From positions 1-46,888 of the forward strand of contig JAHBMJ010000465.1 in the NCBI GenBank assembly GCA_018398765.1: 46,888 nucleotides of DNA, in the 5' to 3' direction. The stretch is from Chromera velia (lineage: Eukaryota). Made by a program: the position numbers and the translations under genes. The number at the start of each line of letters is the position of its first letter. Position 1 is the stretch's first letter. The notes beneath the pieces were generated by a model. It was not told the origin of the DNA and made no database searches. It was given only the letters and a program-made list of their open reading frames with translations. Positions 24,401-36,574 of the stretch are shown piece by piece.

Positions 24401-27400
24401 AGACGCAAATACAAGTCCAGGGATGCATTTGAATGCTGAAGGCGGTCGATGGACAACAGGCGGAACAGAGGCAGAGACGTGCGTAAACTCCGATAAAGCC
24501 AAATGCGACAGCTAGTCTTTTTCACTCACGTCTGGTCAAATGCGTGCCCACAGCCACGGACGCCACCTCTGCACCGCAATCACAGGGCACGGTTCTGAAA
24601 GGGCACTCTCTGTTTCTGTGGTCCTCTAGGTCCTCGTGCTTCACTACCTCACCGCACGCACAGGGGACCTGCAGACAGCAGACAGATAGTGAGCGCACAA
24701 AAAACAGGAGTAGTCGGACTTTAAGGTGAGTCGAATGAAGAGTCAGTCTCTCTAGCTGCCCATGGGTGGAAGAGCGCGGGGAGGGAGGTGAAGGAATCTC
24801 TCTAGCTGCCTAAGGATGGAGGAGCGCTGGCCGGGAGGTGAGGGACCTACCAGGCGAAGTCTGCATTCAGATGCCTTATGGCTCTGCATCTGCCGTCTCG
24901 GCAAGACCACCCCGCAGCTGCACGGGTCCTCCCGCATCCCGCAGGCGCTCTCAAGGTGCCCTGCCAGCTCCCTTCTGAAGAGCCGAACGCCACACACGCA
25001 CTCGACCTGCAGTTCACGCAGCATTCATAGTCCACGTGAATGTCGAAATGATCAACAGAGAAACAAGCATGCCCGTGTCACACAGCTGGCATAGATGTCC
25101 TACAAACGCATGTTATTTTGGACTGCTGGCGTCCATGTGCTGCGTAGACATGAGTCCCCATAGGAAACAGAAAACTCTGCATCCTGGAGCTGAGCCCGAC
25201 GGACCTGTGCTGCGGGACATTCTGTCTCGCTGTGGGCCTCCATGTCTTTTCGGACAATCATGACTCCACAGGCACACACAGTGTGAGCAATCAGACACTC
25301 GGTCGCCTGGTGAGCTGGCAGAGCGGCCTTCTTCATCACCTCCCCGCACTCGCACACAGCCTGAAAGGGGAGGGAGCAAGGGAGAGCAAGGAAATGTGAA
25401 AAGGGCAAAACACACCGGATCTATGGACATGTCTCACTATGTGCGGTCCTCTCCCCCCATTGATTGCCGCAATTGTTTTCTTGGCTGTGCCTCCGGCAGT
25501 CTCTTCGCCTGGACGTCTGTCAACCTGTCTGCCCGTCCCTTTGTCTGTGGTCAAGTTAGCTCGCACTGGCTCTCAAGTGCTTTGTCAGCCAGTCTCTTTT
25601 CTCGTCATCTTTTGCTTCTGTTCTTTCTTACCGCGGGTCAGACTCCTCAAAATAATCATTTTTTAATGCGAGCTCGGTATTATAAGAAGAAGTTTATTCT
25701 CATAACAGAATGATTTCTGTCTCTAATGTCAGGCACTTGAAGAAACTGACACTGCCAAGTGTGCACTCGGTGACTGCGTGCTCGGTCATTCGGTCTCGCC
25801 TCACAAGAACTCCGCAGTCGCATGGGATCTGCAAAGGAATTTTGATATTATCAGTAGAGGGGCATTTCTTTGATATTGGAGACTCTTGGGTCTCTTATTT
25901 AACTCTTTTTTTGACCTGGGAAGGGATTGAGGCCGTACAAGTTGATGCAAAAAAAACTGCGATGAAAAGAAAGGATCCTCGTCTTTCTTCCCTTTTTACG
26001 AAAGATCAGACTGGGAGCTGAAAGCACGCTCTGCAAAAAGCCGAAGAGAGATGGATCGAGAAAGAGGGAGAGAGATCCAAAGCGTACGGATTGGCAAGTA
26101 TGTGTGTTTCTGTGTGTATGTCCGTCAGCATGAAAATGAATGTGTGCATAGACAAGTCATTGTGCATATGCGTGTTTTGGTTCAGGTTTGAAGCTTCCGA
26201 GAAAGGGGGTGTAGATCTATCTGTTGGCCTTCACGACGCTCGTCCGTAGACAGCGGTCAGAAGAGCAAAGACAAAGCAAAGATTTTCCTGACCTTCACTG
26301 CTGGGCAGTCCTTTGCCCTGTGTTCTGCCGCAGTTCTCCTCTCGAGTTCACGACCGCATTCGCATCGGATCTGCAGGCGGGCAGGCAGCAAAGCAGCAAA
26401 CCAAAAGATTCCCGAACGCATCTCACACATTTAGTCTCCCATCCCCAAATCAATCATCAAATCCCACTTCAGGGATCACAAACGGGAAACAAAGAGAATG
26501 CTGGCAGCCATTTTTCTCTACATTTCCCAGTAAAATAAAGCCTTCCTTTTATATGCTATCTCTCCAAGAGACAGACCTTCTCGACAGGACATTCCGCCAG
26601 GCGGTGCTGCTGATGGGCCTCCCTGGTCATGTCTTGTCCGCACGCGCAGGTCACGTTTTCCTTTGGACACACAGTGCTCTTGTGAGTGTCCACATCCCGC
26701 CGTTGCATTCGGGCGCCGCACCCGTTGGGACATTCCACGCCGGCAGCTGTACATTCGCGTTCCTTGTGTGCGGCCATCTGTCTTCTCTCCTTTGCCTCTC
26801 CACAATCGCAGAAGACCAGACTGAGGGGACAGTCAGTCTCCCTGTGAGCCTCCAGATGACGCCTTTGCAGTCTCTTCCCGCATACACAGACAATAGGAGC
26901 ACGAGGACAAGACTCCTCCCTGTGGGCCAACAACTCAGCCCTCTCCATCCATCGCCCACAGGAGCACTCAACCTGACAAGAGAATACCAGATGAACAGAA
27001 GATGCAGTCAAAGAAGGACAAAAATCAAAAACCGCAGACAATGCCTTTACTTCTCTCCCATCTCACTCTGTCGCCTTCTCCATCTGCCTATGTGCCTTCA
27101 TACCTGTCGGCACGTTTCTGTCTGTCCGTTTGTCCATTTGTTTTTCTTGTTTCTCTGTCTGAGTGTTTTTGAGTCCATCTGCCTGTCGGTCGGTCTGTTT
27201 GTCTGTCCGTTGGTTTGTAAGTCTGTCTGGTTGTCTGTGTCTCCATCCTTTTACCTACCTCGAATACGGGACATTCAGTCAGGCGATGCGCTCTGATGTC
27301 CATCCTCGGAACTTTCTGTCCGCACTCGCACGTCACGTCTGTCATCGGACACCCCTCCCGCACATGAGCACCCAGATCCCGACGTCGCACCACAGCAAAG

Positions 27401-30400
27401 CACCCACACGTGACTGGGGCCTCTGGACATTCCTCCTCTTTGTGTGCAAGGAGATGGGCTCTCTTCGGCCTCGCACCGCACTCGCACTCCACCTCCTGCA
27501 CAGGGCATTCCCTGCGCACGTGCCTGCCGAGGCTCTCGTGGGTCAAGAGACTTCCACAACCGCGCGGACAGCGAACCTCTCTCTGCACCACCAGAAAGGA
27601 AAAGGAGAGTTACTTACGGGATGAAGAACCATGTCCCCAAAGAACGAATACACAATGAGAAACGAATTGAGGAGACAGAATTAGTCATTAACAACACACC
27701 AAGCAGAATTATTTGAACGCCGTTGCAGCAATAGACCTGTTTTGAGCCCAATGAAGCGTATGGAATGAGCTCTAGCTCCAAAACGACAAAACCAAATGCA
27801 TTCAAAGAGCGGCCATGCACCCAAATATTTCTTTCTACCTGAGGACAGGACGACGCTGCGTGGGCCTCCAGGGTCCCCCTTGCCACCAGTTCCCCGCACT
27901 TCTCGCACAAGTCCCTCTTCACAGGACACGACATGCGCCAGTGACGCCCCCTGTCTCCTCTCTTCAGTTGGGTCCCGCACTCACACGTCACCTGAAAGCA
28001 ACGTTACCATAAAAAGGAAAGATATCAATTACACAATGCCCTCCTGATGCCATCCCTCTCGATGCTCTATGCCCTCTCAATACAGAAAATACGTGCCAAG
28101 CATGGCGAAGACATCAGCGAACATGAGCATGATCTGCACGGCTCTTCGTAGAGACTGACCGTCATGGCAGCACACGTCTCCATTTTGTGCCTCTTGAGGT
28201 CTCCCCTCTCGAATGACTCGCCGCACTGCTCACACTTGATGACCTGGCAGCTGCAGTCGCTCTTTTTATGCTCCTCCATCGACCCCCTTGGAATCGCTTC
28301 CCCGCACTCACACGTGTCCCTCGACAACGAACACCTCTCTGCCAGATGGAGAGCCAAATTCCCTCTGGAGACGCCCTGCTTGCATCTCCTGCAGTGCGTC
28401 GAAGCGACGAGACATGAAGCTCGAGAGTGTAGTCGCAGGACAGTGGCAGACCTGCAAGCAAACATTCAGGAAAGCGGAAATGAATGAACGGTTTGGTCTG
28501 ATTTCATCAATTGGCATGCAAGAAAAGTTCCTGACGCAAAAACAAAACCCATTGAAGAAAAACAATTTTTCAACCAAAGAAACAGTCTGTTTCCTTTTAC
28601 CTCCGGATGACGACACCAAAGAAAGGCCTCAACAAATTCGACACCAACTCCCCCTCCCCCGCCCCATTCGCCCCACCCAACACAGAGTCTCTCTCGCATA
28701 CGAAAAGAAGGAGAACCCACATTTGCCTTCCACAACCAGAGGGGCAGTCGACCACCCGCAGTTCGCACTCCACTTCTTGGTGTCGCTCGAAAGCCGGTGT
28801 GTAGATCTGAACACGTACGGACACCAGAGATTGAAACCAGTGAAAGAAGAGAGAAGGGACAGAGAGCAAGCCATTTGGACACAGGAGTGCATGTAGACTG
28901 GCAGGATGAAAGAGATCAAAACCAAAGCAAGCAGAGACGGTGTAACTATTTCAAAACAGAAGGGGGGCCATTCGTCAAATCACCCTCTCCTGAAATCACC
29001 CGCTCACACTTTCGCTGCTTCTAATATGCGTAGCATGATTCCCTCAGGAAAGGGAGAAGTGGAAGGAATGTGGACTGTGGAGGCGTACATCAAAATCAAC
29101 AAACAAGACAACGCAACTGTAAACAACGCACCGCTCTTCCACATGCGCACATTGTCCTGTCCATATCGCAGTCGAAGGTCTTGTGGCTCTCCAGGGAGGC
29201 AGGACGTTCGAACCGCTCTCCGCAGTCGCACACTCGTCGGAAGCAGGCTGCTGTTTTTTCAGGCAATCAGGCATTGCGGTAAACATGTGCAGGGATCACC
29301 TTTTCAGTCAAATTGATCAGCAGAACGCAGTGTCCTTCTTCCATTCAGTTTCTTCGTTCTGTTCCTCTCTGACGCGTCCATTTTTTCCCTCATGCCTCAG
29401 TCCCTCTCTTTCAAGCTCTCCACTGGCCCCTCTTTCTTAAGCGGGAGGGACTTTTCTTTTGGATTTCTTCATTGACTTGATGAACCATCTAACCGACCAA
29501 TAGACTGTCAAACTCACTCACTCACTCACTCACTCACTCACTCACCTGCTCACTCACTCACTCACTCACTCATTCACTGACTGTGTTTCCGATGTCCCTC
29601 CAATTCGGCCCTCATCACCCAGGCGCCACACTCGCACGGCACCTCCGACAGCACGCACTCCTCCTCCCTGTGCCTCACCACGTCCGCACGTCTCACAAGG
29701 GCACCGCACTCACAGCGAACCTGGCCGAGGGCACACTCCGTCTGCTTGTGCGCAGAGAGGGCGGGCAGATCCCTGAACGCCCTTCTACACGCACACACTC
29801 GGTGAGCGCAACCCGTCAGTCTGTGCACATCCAGCTGTCGTTTCGGCACCTGTCTGCCACAGTCGCAGCTGACCTGCAACCATCAAGGCACAGAGCAGCA
29901 CATCACGTCTTGCTTCGAATGCCCAGATTTTGATCAGACCAATAACTGCATGGTTCCGCCTACACATATCAACTGAAAAGCGGTATCTGTCGTGGCAGTA
30001 GATGCCTGCAAATCAAAACGGCCACAGAAAAGTAAGGACACCCAAAAGAGGAATAAACAAGCATACCGACCATTTCTTCCCTGTCTCTGTATTTGCCCCC
30101 CCCCTCTTCACACCCTCCACAGAGAGCCTCCAAAGCCCATGCGGAGAGACCCCACCCAGCCCCCTCCTCTCCCGAGAGGAACGTCAACTCATCAGACAAG
30201 GACCATCCGTGCCCCCACCCCTCTCCGTCAGATCCAGCCAGAGCTTTCGTCAAATGCCCACAAATGCCGCACTCTCCCAGATAACCCCCCTTCCCCCTTC
30301 CGCTCTTTCCAGCATGACCATGGGGCCCCGAGGAGGTGCCTGCATTATCTAGTGCCTCGATCCAGTCGTCTATTCTGCTGATGAGGAAGCTTCTTGCAAG

Positions 30401-32198
30401 TGCCGCACTTGCACTCGACCCGGACCCAAAATTTCCCCCTGCTGCCTTCATCTTTCTTACCGCATCTTCGAGGAGGGCTGCTCGTTGCCGATTCTGACGG
30501 CTCTCTGCCTCCCACCGCCGTCTACGGTTTTCCAAACACGCAGACAACCGTCCGCAGATAAGACGAAATCGCTCTGCGCGAACTTCCGCCGTTCGGGCAC
30601 TTCGAATGGTCTCTGCAAGTGCGATGGGACCTCTGTCTTCTTGACTGGATGGAGCGCCCCTTGTGACCTCCGAGAGGTCACCAGAGGCCGACCCCAGTGC
30701 AGATGTGACAGCACTGGCCACCCCAGGGGGGAGCGGCAGACCCCATTTGGTTCTCTCATTCTGTGTCAGGGTGAGAGAGAAGGAGATCCTCAAGTCTTGA
30801 GTCTCCACAAAGTTCGAAGCAACCGACAGATGTCGCTGTGATGCGATTGCCGTCTCTCCCCCTATGTTGCTCGACCTTCTCTTTCCCCCAGCGCACCAGT
30901 CGGCGAAGGCTTCCACAAAAGGAGCGTACAGAACGAACCCGTTCATCGCCTTTGGCACGGAAACCAGGAGGGACTGCAAGCCTCAGGAGAAAGCGAGAAA
31001 CAGATTCCGACATATGCACACACATACACAGAGAGAGAGGCGGGGGGGGGAGGAAGGGAGGGAAGGAGTGAAGGAGACCAAAACCAGAGAAACGGTCGTA
31101 CGCAAACATTGCGGGAAAGAACGCTATGAAGGCCTCATATTTTTCAGGCTACCTCTCTCACTCCCAAACTAAGCATGGCCATGTGCATCCGCCGCCTTTC
31201 TGCTGACTTTCATTTCGACCTGCTTTCGCACTGTCATGGAGGCAGCACTGAAGCCTGTGATTTTAGCTGGGTCAAAGACATTAAAGTTCAACGTATGCAA
31301 GCAGGTGCTTGGGATTTTGATAAAAAGCAAAGTGACTGACTTACATCCATCTGTGCGTCCGGTACTTTCATTTCGTCTGCAAACGCCTTGACAATGGACG
31401 CAAACACCTCCTCTTTCACTTTACCTGCCTCTCCTCCTTTCTCTTCGAGTGCCTTGAAGGCTTCCATGATTGCCCTCCGTTCTGAAGCCAGTGAGCTTGA
31501 TGACGCTTTCTGTTTTTCATCAGCATTCGTCTCCACAGAAGGGAGAGGAGACGACGAGGCTCTCACAGAGGCCCTTCTCATCGCGTCACCTGCGCGTTGT
31601 TTCTTTCTCTTTGTCTCGTCTTGCCTCTTTTTGGCTTCCTTTTCCCCCGCCCCTTTGTCCTTTTGTCTTTCATCATTGTCTGCCGTGAGCCTCACTCGAG
31701 CCATCGCCCCATTTCCCTTCGCCCCCCTCAATGCTGCTCCGCTGGTCTCGCGGGCAGGTGTGTCGCAGAGAGCTGCCATCAAGCTGTCCACCTTGACGGA
31801 TGCAAAAGGATCAGAACCTCCTTTGGGAGCGTGTCCCCTGATGCGCCCCTCCAGCCTCCGACTTGCGACCGCAGCCTGCAGAGTGTATGCAAATGAGTAA
31901 GTGTGAGTCTCTCTTTCTCTCTCTCTGCGTGTGTGTGTGAGAGAGAGAGAGAGAGAACGAGGAGGGGGGGAGCGGGGGGAGGAAGAGAGATGGAGGCCGA
32001 GAAAGAGAAACGGACAGACAGAGGGACAGCGAAAGAGAAGGGAGAGAAGAAGAAAAGAAAAGAAGAGATGCAAAAAGAATCGATCGATGGATGAACCCTC
32101 CATCAAAGTCCTCCATGCTACTTCACGAACAACCGTCCGGGGCTTTCTTCGTGAAGGAAAGAAAGAAAGAAGCAAACGAACAAACAAACAACCAAACA

Positions 32199-32230
<32 letters not shown>

Positions 32231-33107
32231 AGGGGGAGGATTTCAGAGAAATAAGCCTCCAGACTCATGTCTCTGAAAGAACACTTTTGGACTCCATGAC
32301 TCGTGATGACTCTTTCAGATTTTGGCAGACGAAGTTTTCTTTCTGCATTTCTTTTTGAAGTCTCCAAGACGGGCTTGGTGATCCCAAGTTGACCGACAAA
32401 AGAGAAGAAAGAAGGAAGAAAAAACGCACCCGAACGATGACCATCCGACAGAGCCCTGCCATCCTTTCAGAGACCAGATAGAGGGGACATGCTGCAAGTG
32501 TCATCTTTTTCAAGTCCAGCTCCCTCTGCAGCAAGAGAGCATTGAACAAAGACCAAGTGAGACAAACTGAGAGAGATTTAGAAGATGGACTCGAACGAAG
32601 AAGATTAAGGAACTTTGTTCTCAAACCTTTATTTCGAGTGCCCAAGAAAACTAGATGCTAGCACCATTTTGTGGTTGCGATCCCGTTCACGCAATTCCCT
32701 TCTTTTGATCTGTCGGCTCCTTTTCACCCTTTGTTTGAGAGACCGATTTGAATGTGGGAGCGTTACAGTAGGTGTTATGGAACGATAGCGGAGTACATTT
32801 TGAAGAATTACAGAGCAGACTGAATCTAAACCAAGACAGAAACCATCATTCTCCCTGCCTCTTTGTCAGCCAGTCTGTCTTACTTCCCGTGGGCCGTACC
32901 TACTTATCTGAGTCACAAGCGGCTTTTGTTGCTGTCTACTTCATTTGAACTGAGAAATTCTTTCTTTCTTTCTTTCTTTCTTTGAAACAATCCTTTTCGA
33001 TCCATTTTGTCGACTAACATTGTTCAGTATTTGTTTGGTCATCAGAAGAGAATCTGCAAGAAGATGCAACAAACGAAAACTTTTGATCCGATACGTCGTT
33101 TGAAATG

Positions 33108-33141
<34 letters not shown>

Positions 33142-35735
33142 TACATACAAGCACAAATACACATGAACATGAGTGAACTGTCTGCTTTCGCATTCATTCA
33201 TTCATTCATTCATTCATTCATTCATTCATTCATTCATTCATTCGTCTAGCCAGCCGTTCAGCCATCACTTTAGAATGCCCACCAACCCGTCCAACGTTGA
33301 AAGAGCCAAGTTGGTCACACAAACAGGCAAAGCCCACCAAAAAACCCAAAAGAACCACAACAACGAATCAATCAATACCACACTCAGACAGTCAGTCAGT
33401 CACTCAGACAGTCAGTCAGTCACTGAAGCCGGCAGGCAGCCGGAAAACTAAACAGCCAGGCAATGCGTCAAACTCCTTCCAGTGAATCTGCTACCAACAA
33501 AAAAAAGAAACACCCACCCAGTCTCAAAAGTCTCTGCACGTGAGTCACCGCGTCGATCAAAACAGGGCCCCACTCCCCCGCTGCCCCCCCCCCTCCCCCC
33601 TGGCGCCTCTGACTCTGACTCTGCCTCTGCGTCTGAGACTTCCGCTGCCCCCCCTCTCCATGAGCACACGCAAGCAGCTGAGCATGTCCCGCCGCAAAGA
33701 GGTCCTTCAAGAGCTGCTCTCTCTCACATCGGAACACAGAAAGGGCACTCGATAATTTGTCGCCGAGAATGTGAATGGGTATCACATAGAAGACGAATGG
33801 GTGGGCAAGAAGCGACAACAGCCGTGAGTCCATTTTGATCTCCACACCCATCTCTCCGGCTCTTTTGCGTACTCGAGAAACTCGTACGCGATAGAAGTTG
33901 CGGCACAATGGCGTCTGAGAATGTTCATGCCTGTCTACTTGCGTAGTATCATCCTACTCGCTCTTGAAGGATGAATCTGAATACAAAGAGAAGAGGTTTT
34001 CTGTCCTTTTCCATTTTGCCTCGTTTTCGTTAGTCCTTCTCAAGTCTTGACTCTTCCTTTCCGAGAGAAATCCGCAGATCATGTGTGAATCTTGCTCCAG
34101 CGAAGATGCATGTTGACTAACTCACCCACCATGTTTTCCGTTTTCAGTTGAAGCGAACTCTCGTCCATCGCCACGGAGTGACGCTCCAGGGCTCGCACCT
34201 GCATTTATTTATTTGCATTTCCATGTGCAGGGAGGGTGGGGAGAGGGATGTTAAAAGAAAATCCGATAGATACAACGGGCAGACACCCGATCTTTGGGCC
34301 CGAAAGAAACGCGAAAGAAAAACGCAAAGCATTCGACCAGAATTCAGACGTTCGAGTGTCGAGTGCGCGAAAAGAGAATCACGGCCCGTGCACCAACAGT
34401 AGCCATGGCGCATGCTGAAAGTCAAGAAGTCATGTATAGACCCTTCTTCGTCGAGCATCGGAAGTAATAAAACAACCCCGTCTTCGTTCTTCGTCGGGGA
34501 CACCCCCGTTCCCCCCCTTCAAACTGACCACATCCTTCAGGACTTCCAGCTCGTCCTTCATTAACAGAATCTGAACGATTATGTGAACACACATAGAGAT
34601 GCACACACATGCCACTCATATGCATGTTCACACAGATTGAGATATGTGCCTTCAAAACCGTCAGACTGAGTGGGACTACACAACAAGGCTAGAATTCAAA
34701 AGACATTCTTCGCAACGAATTGTCCCCTCTTTTCATCCTGCTTCTCGTCCGTCGTACCGGATTCCATTCCTTTCCAATCTTCCGCTCTCCTCTTCCCGTT
34801 TCTTTTGGAGCCTCGCATTGGAAAGCCTGAACACGGAATCTGCAATCAGGTGCTTCCAACCGCTTCCAACCGCTTTTCGCGTTGGTTCTTGAAAAACTGA
34901 AATACGGATGAGAAGGTACGAATACGCTTTGAGACGACAGCCCCCCCCTCTTCTCCCCTTACCTCATCGTCTAGAGCCTGTCGGAGCGCCCCCACAACTT
35001 CTGTGGAGGCATCGACTTCCGAGAAGTTCCTCTTTTGACCGAATTGCAGAAGGAAAGCGGAGCGCTGCCTCTGGACCTCGGCACCCAATTCGAGAGACCC
35101 ATGCACAACAGCGCCTCCACCCAGGACCTCGTCATTCGTGTCCCCTCCACTCGCATTCCATCTCTGCATGCACACACACATACAGATGCAGACTCTCTCT
35201 CTCTCTCACACACACGTACACACACACACATACACACGCGCGCGCGCGAACGCATGCATGCACGCACGTGTACACGCATGCATGCATGCAAACAGAGAGA
35301 GAGAGAGACGGGTTACATCCCATCACAACAGTTTGCTTGCCCTACACATTTCTATTCAGGCAAAGACCATCGGTGCAGCACTACAGAGTGGCAGAAGTAC
35401 GGACGCGTCATGAGTATGTAGTGCAATGTTCTCACAACCCATGGGTCCAAACACCGTGCTCGGATACGTAAATGCATGCGCTCTTGAATACACATATATG
35501 CGAGAGTTGACGTTTCGACTGCATGTGGAAAGGAAATTGCGCGAGGGATGCATCCTTCAGCACTGACCGAGGGTCTCTGGGTGAAGTCGGACCTCACACA
35601 CCCCTCCTTCCCGAATCCGGAGACAGCCCCCGAAGGGGAAGAAGGGAGCTGGTGCTGCACGGAACTCCTGCCTCCATGGGTCTTATGCGAGAGCTCCCCC
35701 AACCAGTGCTCGAGTCGCTGGTGCCTCCCCAACAT
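12442..35735 (-). CDS. Giant poly-TRAF-type zinc-finger protein with EF-hand-like, IPT/TIG and PH-like domains (~52 exons, ~2760 aa)
   Basis: Manually chained GT-AG exons with matching phases and no in-frame stop, 5'->3': 35735-35568, 35163-34963, 34570-34529, 34198-34130, 33713-33518, 33053-33019, 32525-32430, 31875-31345, 30973-30071; then 38 zinc-finger exons from 29873 to 14624; then 14416-14321, 13973-13762, 13485-13247, 12975-12903, 12646-12442. The start codon (35735 or further upstream), a few 5' splice sites and the end of the last exon are uncertain. Confidence 0.85.
12490..13350 (-). other. PH-like domain (three exons) at the C-terminus of the zinc-finger gene
   Basis: Spliced translation KKGGFVIRLQ...PHKRRWFIMD...RLLRYYG...KPEGSYSYNEL follows the PH beta1-beta4 pattern (K.G.L, KRRWF.L, L.YY, P.G.I). 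The C-terminal helix Trp is not evident. Confidence 0.6.
13762..14416 (-). other. IPT/TIG domain (two exons) of the zinc-finger gene
   Basis: Spliced translation LEIQPLEGPAEGGTEVQISS...MDVFFGETRV...WKVKLPPS...VPVKLQVGG...AELKY matches the TIG signature (I.P..Gp..GGt.v.I, V.fG, v..Pp, V.v, F.Y). Confidence 0.8.
16196..16292. repeat. Intronic compound microsatellite (TTCA)n(GTCA)n(ATCA)n
   Basis: Directly visible. Confidence 0.95.
29512..29581 (-). repeat. (GTGA)n microsatellite abutting a splice donor
   Basis: + strand (ctca)n immediately left of the exon boundary at 29582. Confidence 0.9.
30900..31480 (-). other. Degenerate EF-hand pair split by an intron
   Basis: RRAIMEAFKALEEKGGEAGKVKEEVFASIVKAFADEMKVPDAQMD|SLLVSVPKAMNGFVLYAPFVEAF has calmodulin-lobe spacing, but the Ca-binding acidic loop residues are missing. 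Confidence 0.5.
33191..33242. repeat. Intronic (CATT)n microsatellite
   Basis: Directly visible. Confidence 0.95.
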
Positions 35736-36045
35736 GAGGTCCACGCAGCCTCTATCGACGACAACGGGGATTCACAGGTGGACCAGCATCCGGTGGAGGC
35801 AGTATAGTGCGTAGACACTGAACAAAAGTCAAAATCAACCCGGCCCCACCTACAAATATGCCCTTGCACTCACCGGCACTCTCAAAGTCGAAGGAACCCC
35901 TGAGCATGAACAAAGCGGTGGCCCTTCGAATGTATAGCACAGAGGCAAGTTGCCATGAAGCAGGAAGCAGGCATACATGCAAATGTAGGATCCACGCGCA
36001 TATCGACCGATCGATCTGTCTCTTAATTTCCATTTCCCGTGCACA

Positions 36046-36061
36046 TGCATGCATGCATGCA
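36046..36061. promoter_or_regulatory. Tandem TGCATGCA palindrome upstream of the zinc-finger gene (candidate ApiAP2-type site)
   Basis: TGCATGCATGCATGCA about 300 bp 5' of the candidate start. TGCATGCA is a known apicomplexan AP2-bound motif, but the same word also occurs as an intronic microsatellite (~35255-35290). Confidence 0.25.
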
Positions 36062-36524
36062 AACTGCGCGATCGATACGTACACGAGAGTGGGCGCGCAT
36101 CGCGCGCAGACGTTGTCGTGACCCTGACTTCTTGTGCGCAAAATTATACAGCATAGCATGAAAAAAAATATATACAGCTTATAATTGCAGTTGTACATAA
36201 AATTATATAGCATGAAAAAAATTATACAGCAGTGGAGTCTGGCGTTGAAGCGGCCCGAACGATGTTTAAATGCCGCCATCATATATGTACACAATGTCAT
36301 TGTTAGCTTAAGAAATTATATACATCTAGAAGTTCAGTGTGAAAGATTGTCTATTGCATTAGCTAGGAATGTGAATCATCATAAGGTAAAAAAGAGAGCA
36401 GAGACCAGAAGAAAAACATACACACACAAAAAAAAAGTTAGAACAAAGAAGAACAACTGTAATTTATGATAAAATTAGACGGGTTTATAGTCTAACAAAA
36501 TTATAATATTATAGGGCGGAACAT

Positions 36525-36572
<48 letters not shown>
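36525..36572. repeat. (ATCA)n microsatellite in the AT-rich spacer
   Basis: Directly visible. Confidence 0.95.

Positions 36573-36574
<2 letters not shown>

Larger units (their letters stand above)
14624..29873 (-). repeat. Array of ~66 C-x(1-3)-C-x~11-H-x~4-C fingers (zf-TRAF / XAF1-TRAFD1-like) in 38 exons, 1741 codons
   Basis: Exons: 29873-29582, 29247-29132, 28806-28721, 28451-28160, 27991-27839, 27582-27259, 26972-26577, 26370-26293, 25828-25751, 25360-25205, 25006-24851, 24668-24530, 24365-24271, 23989-23909, 23657-23519, 23244-23150, 22793-22713, 22580-22442, 22207-22113, 21843-21763, 21594-21509, 21275-21220, 20924-20836, 20568-20488, 20320-20179, 19902-19805, 19384-19304, 19011-18870, 18573-18479, 18216-18136, 17893-17755, 17585-17491, 17108-17028, 16632-16494, 16175-16081, 15760-15659, 15360-15148, 14959-14624. 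Example unit: VECSCGRWMERAELLAHREESCP. Confidence 0.92.

Noticed and set aside
26313..27296. 327-aa + strand ORF and other + strand ORFs across 12-36 kb
   Set aside because: Antisense shadows of the - strand zinc-finger exons and pyrimidine-rich introns.
34720..34890. Possible additional coding exon in the zinc-finger gene
   Set aside because: No phase-compatible acceptor/donor pair found; the flanking exons join in phase without it.
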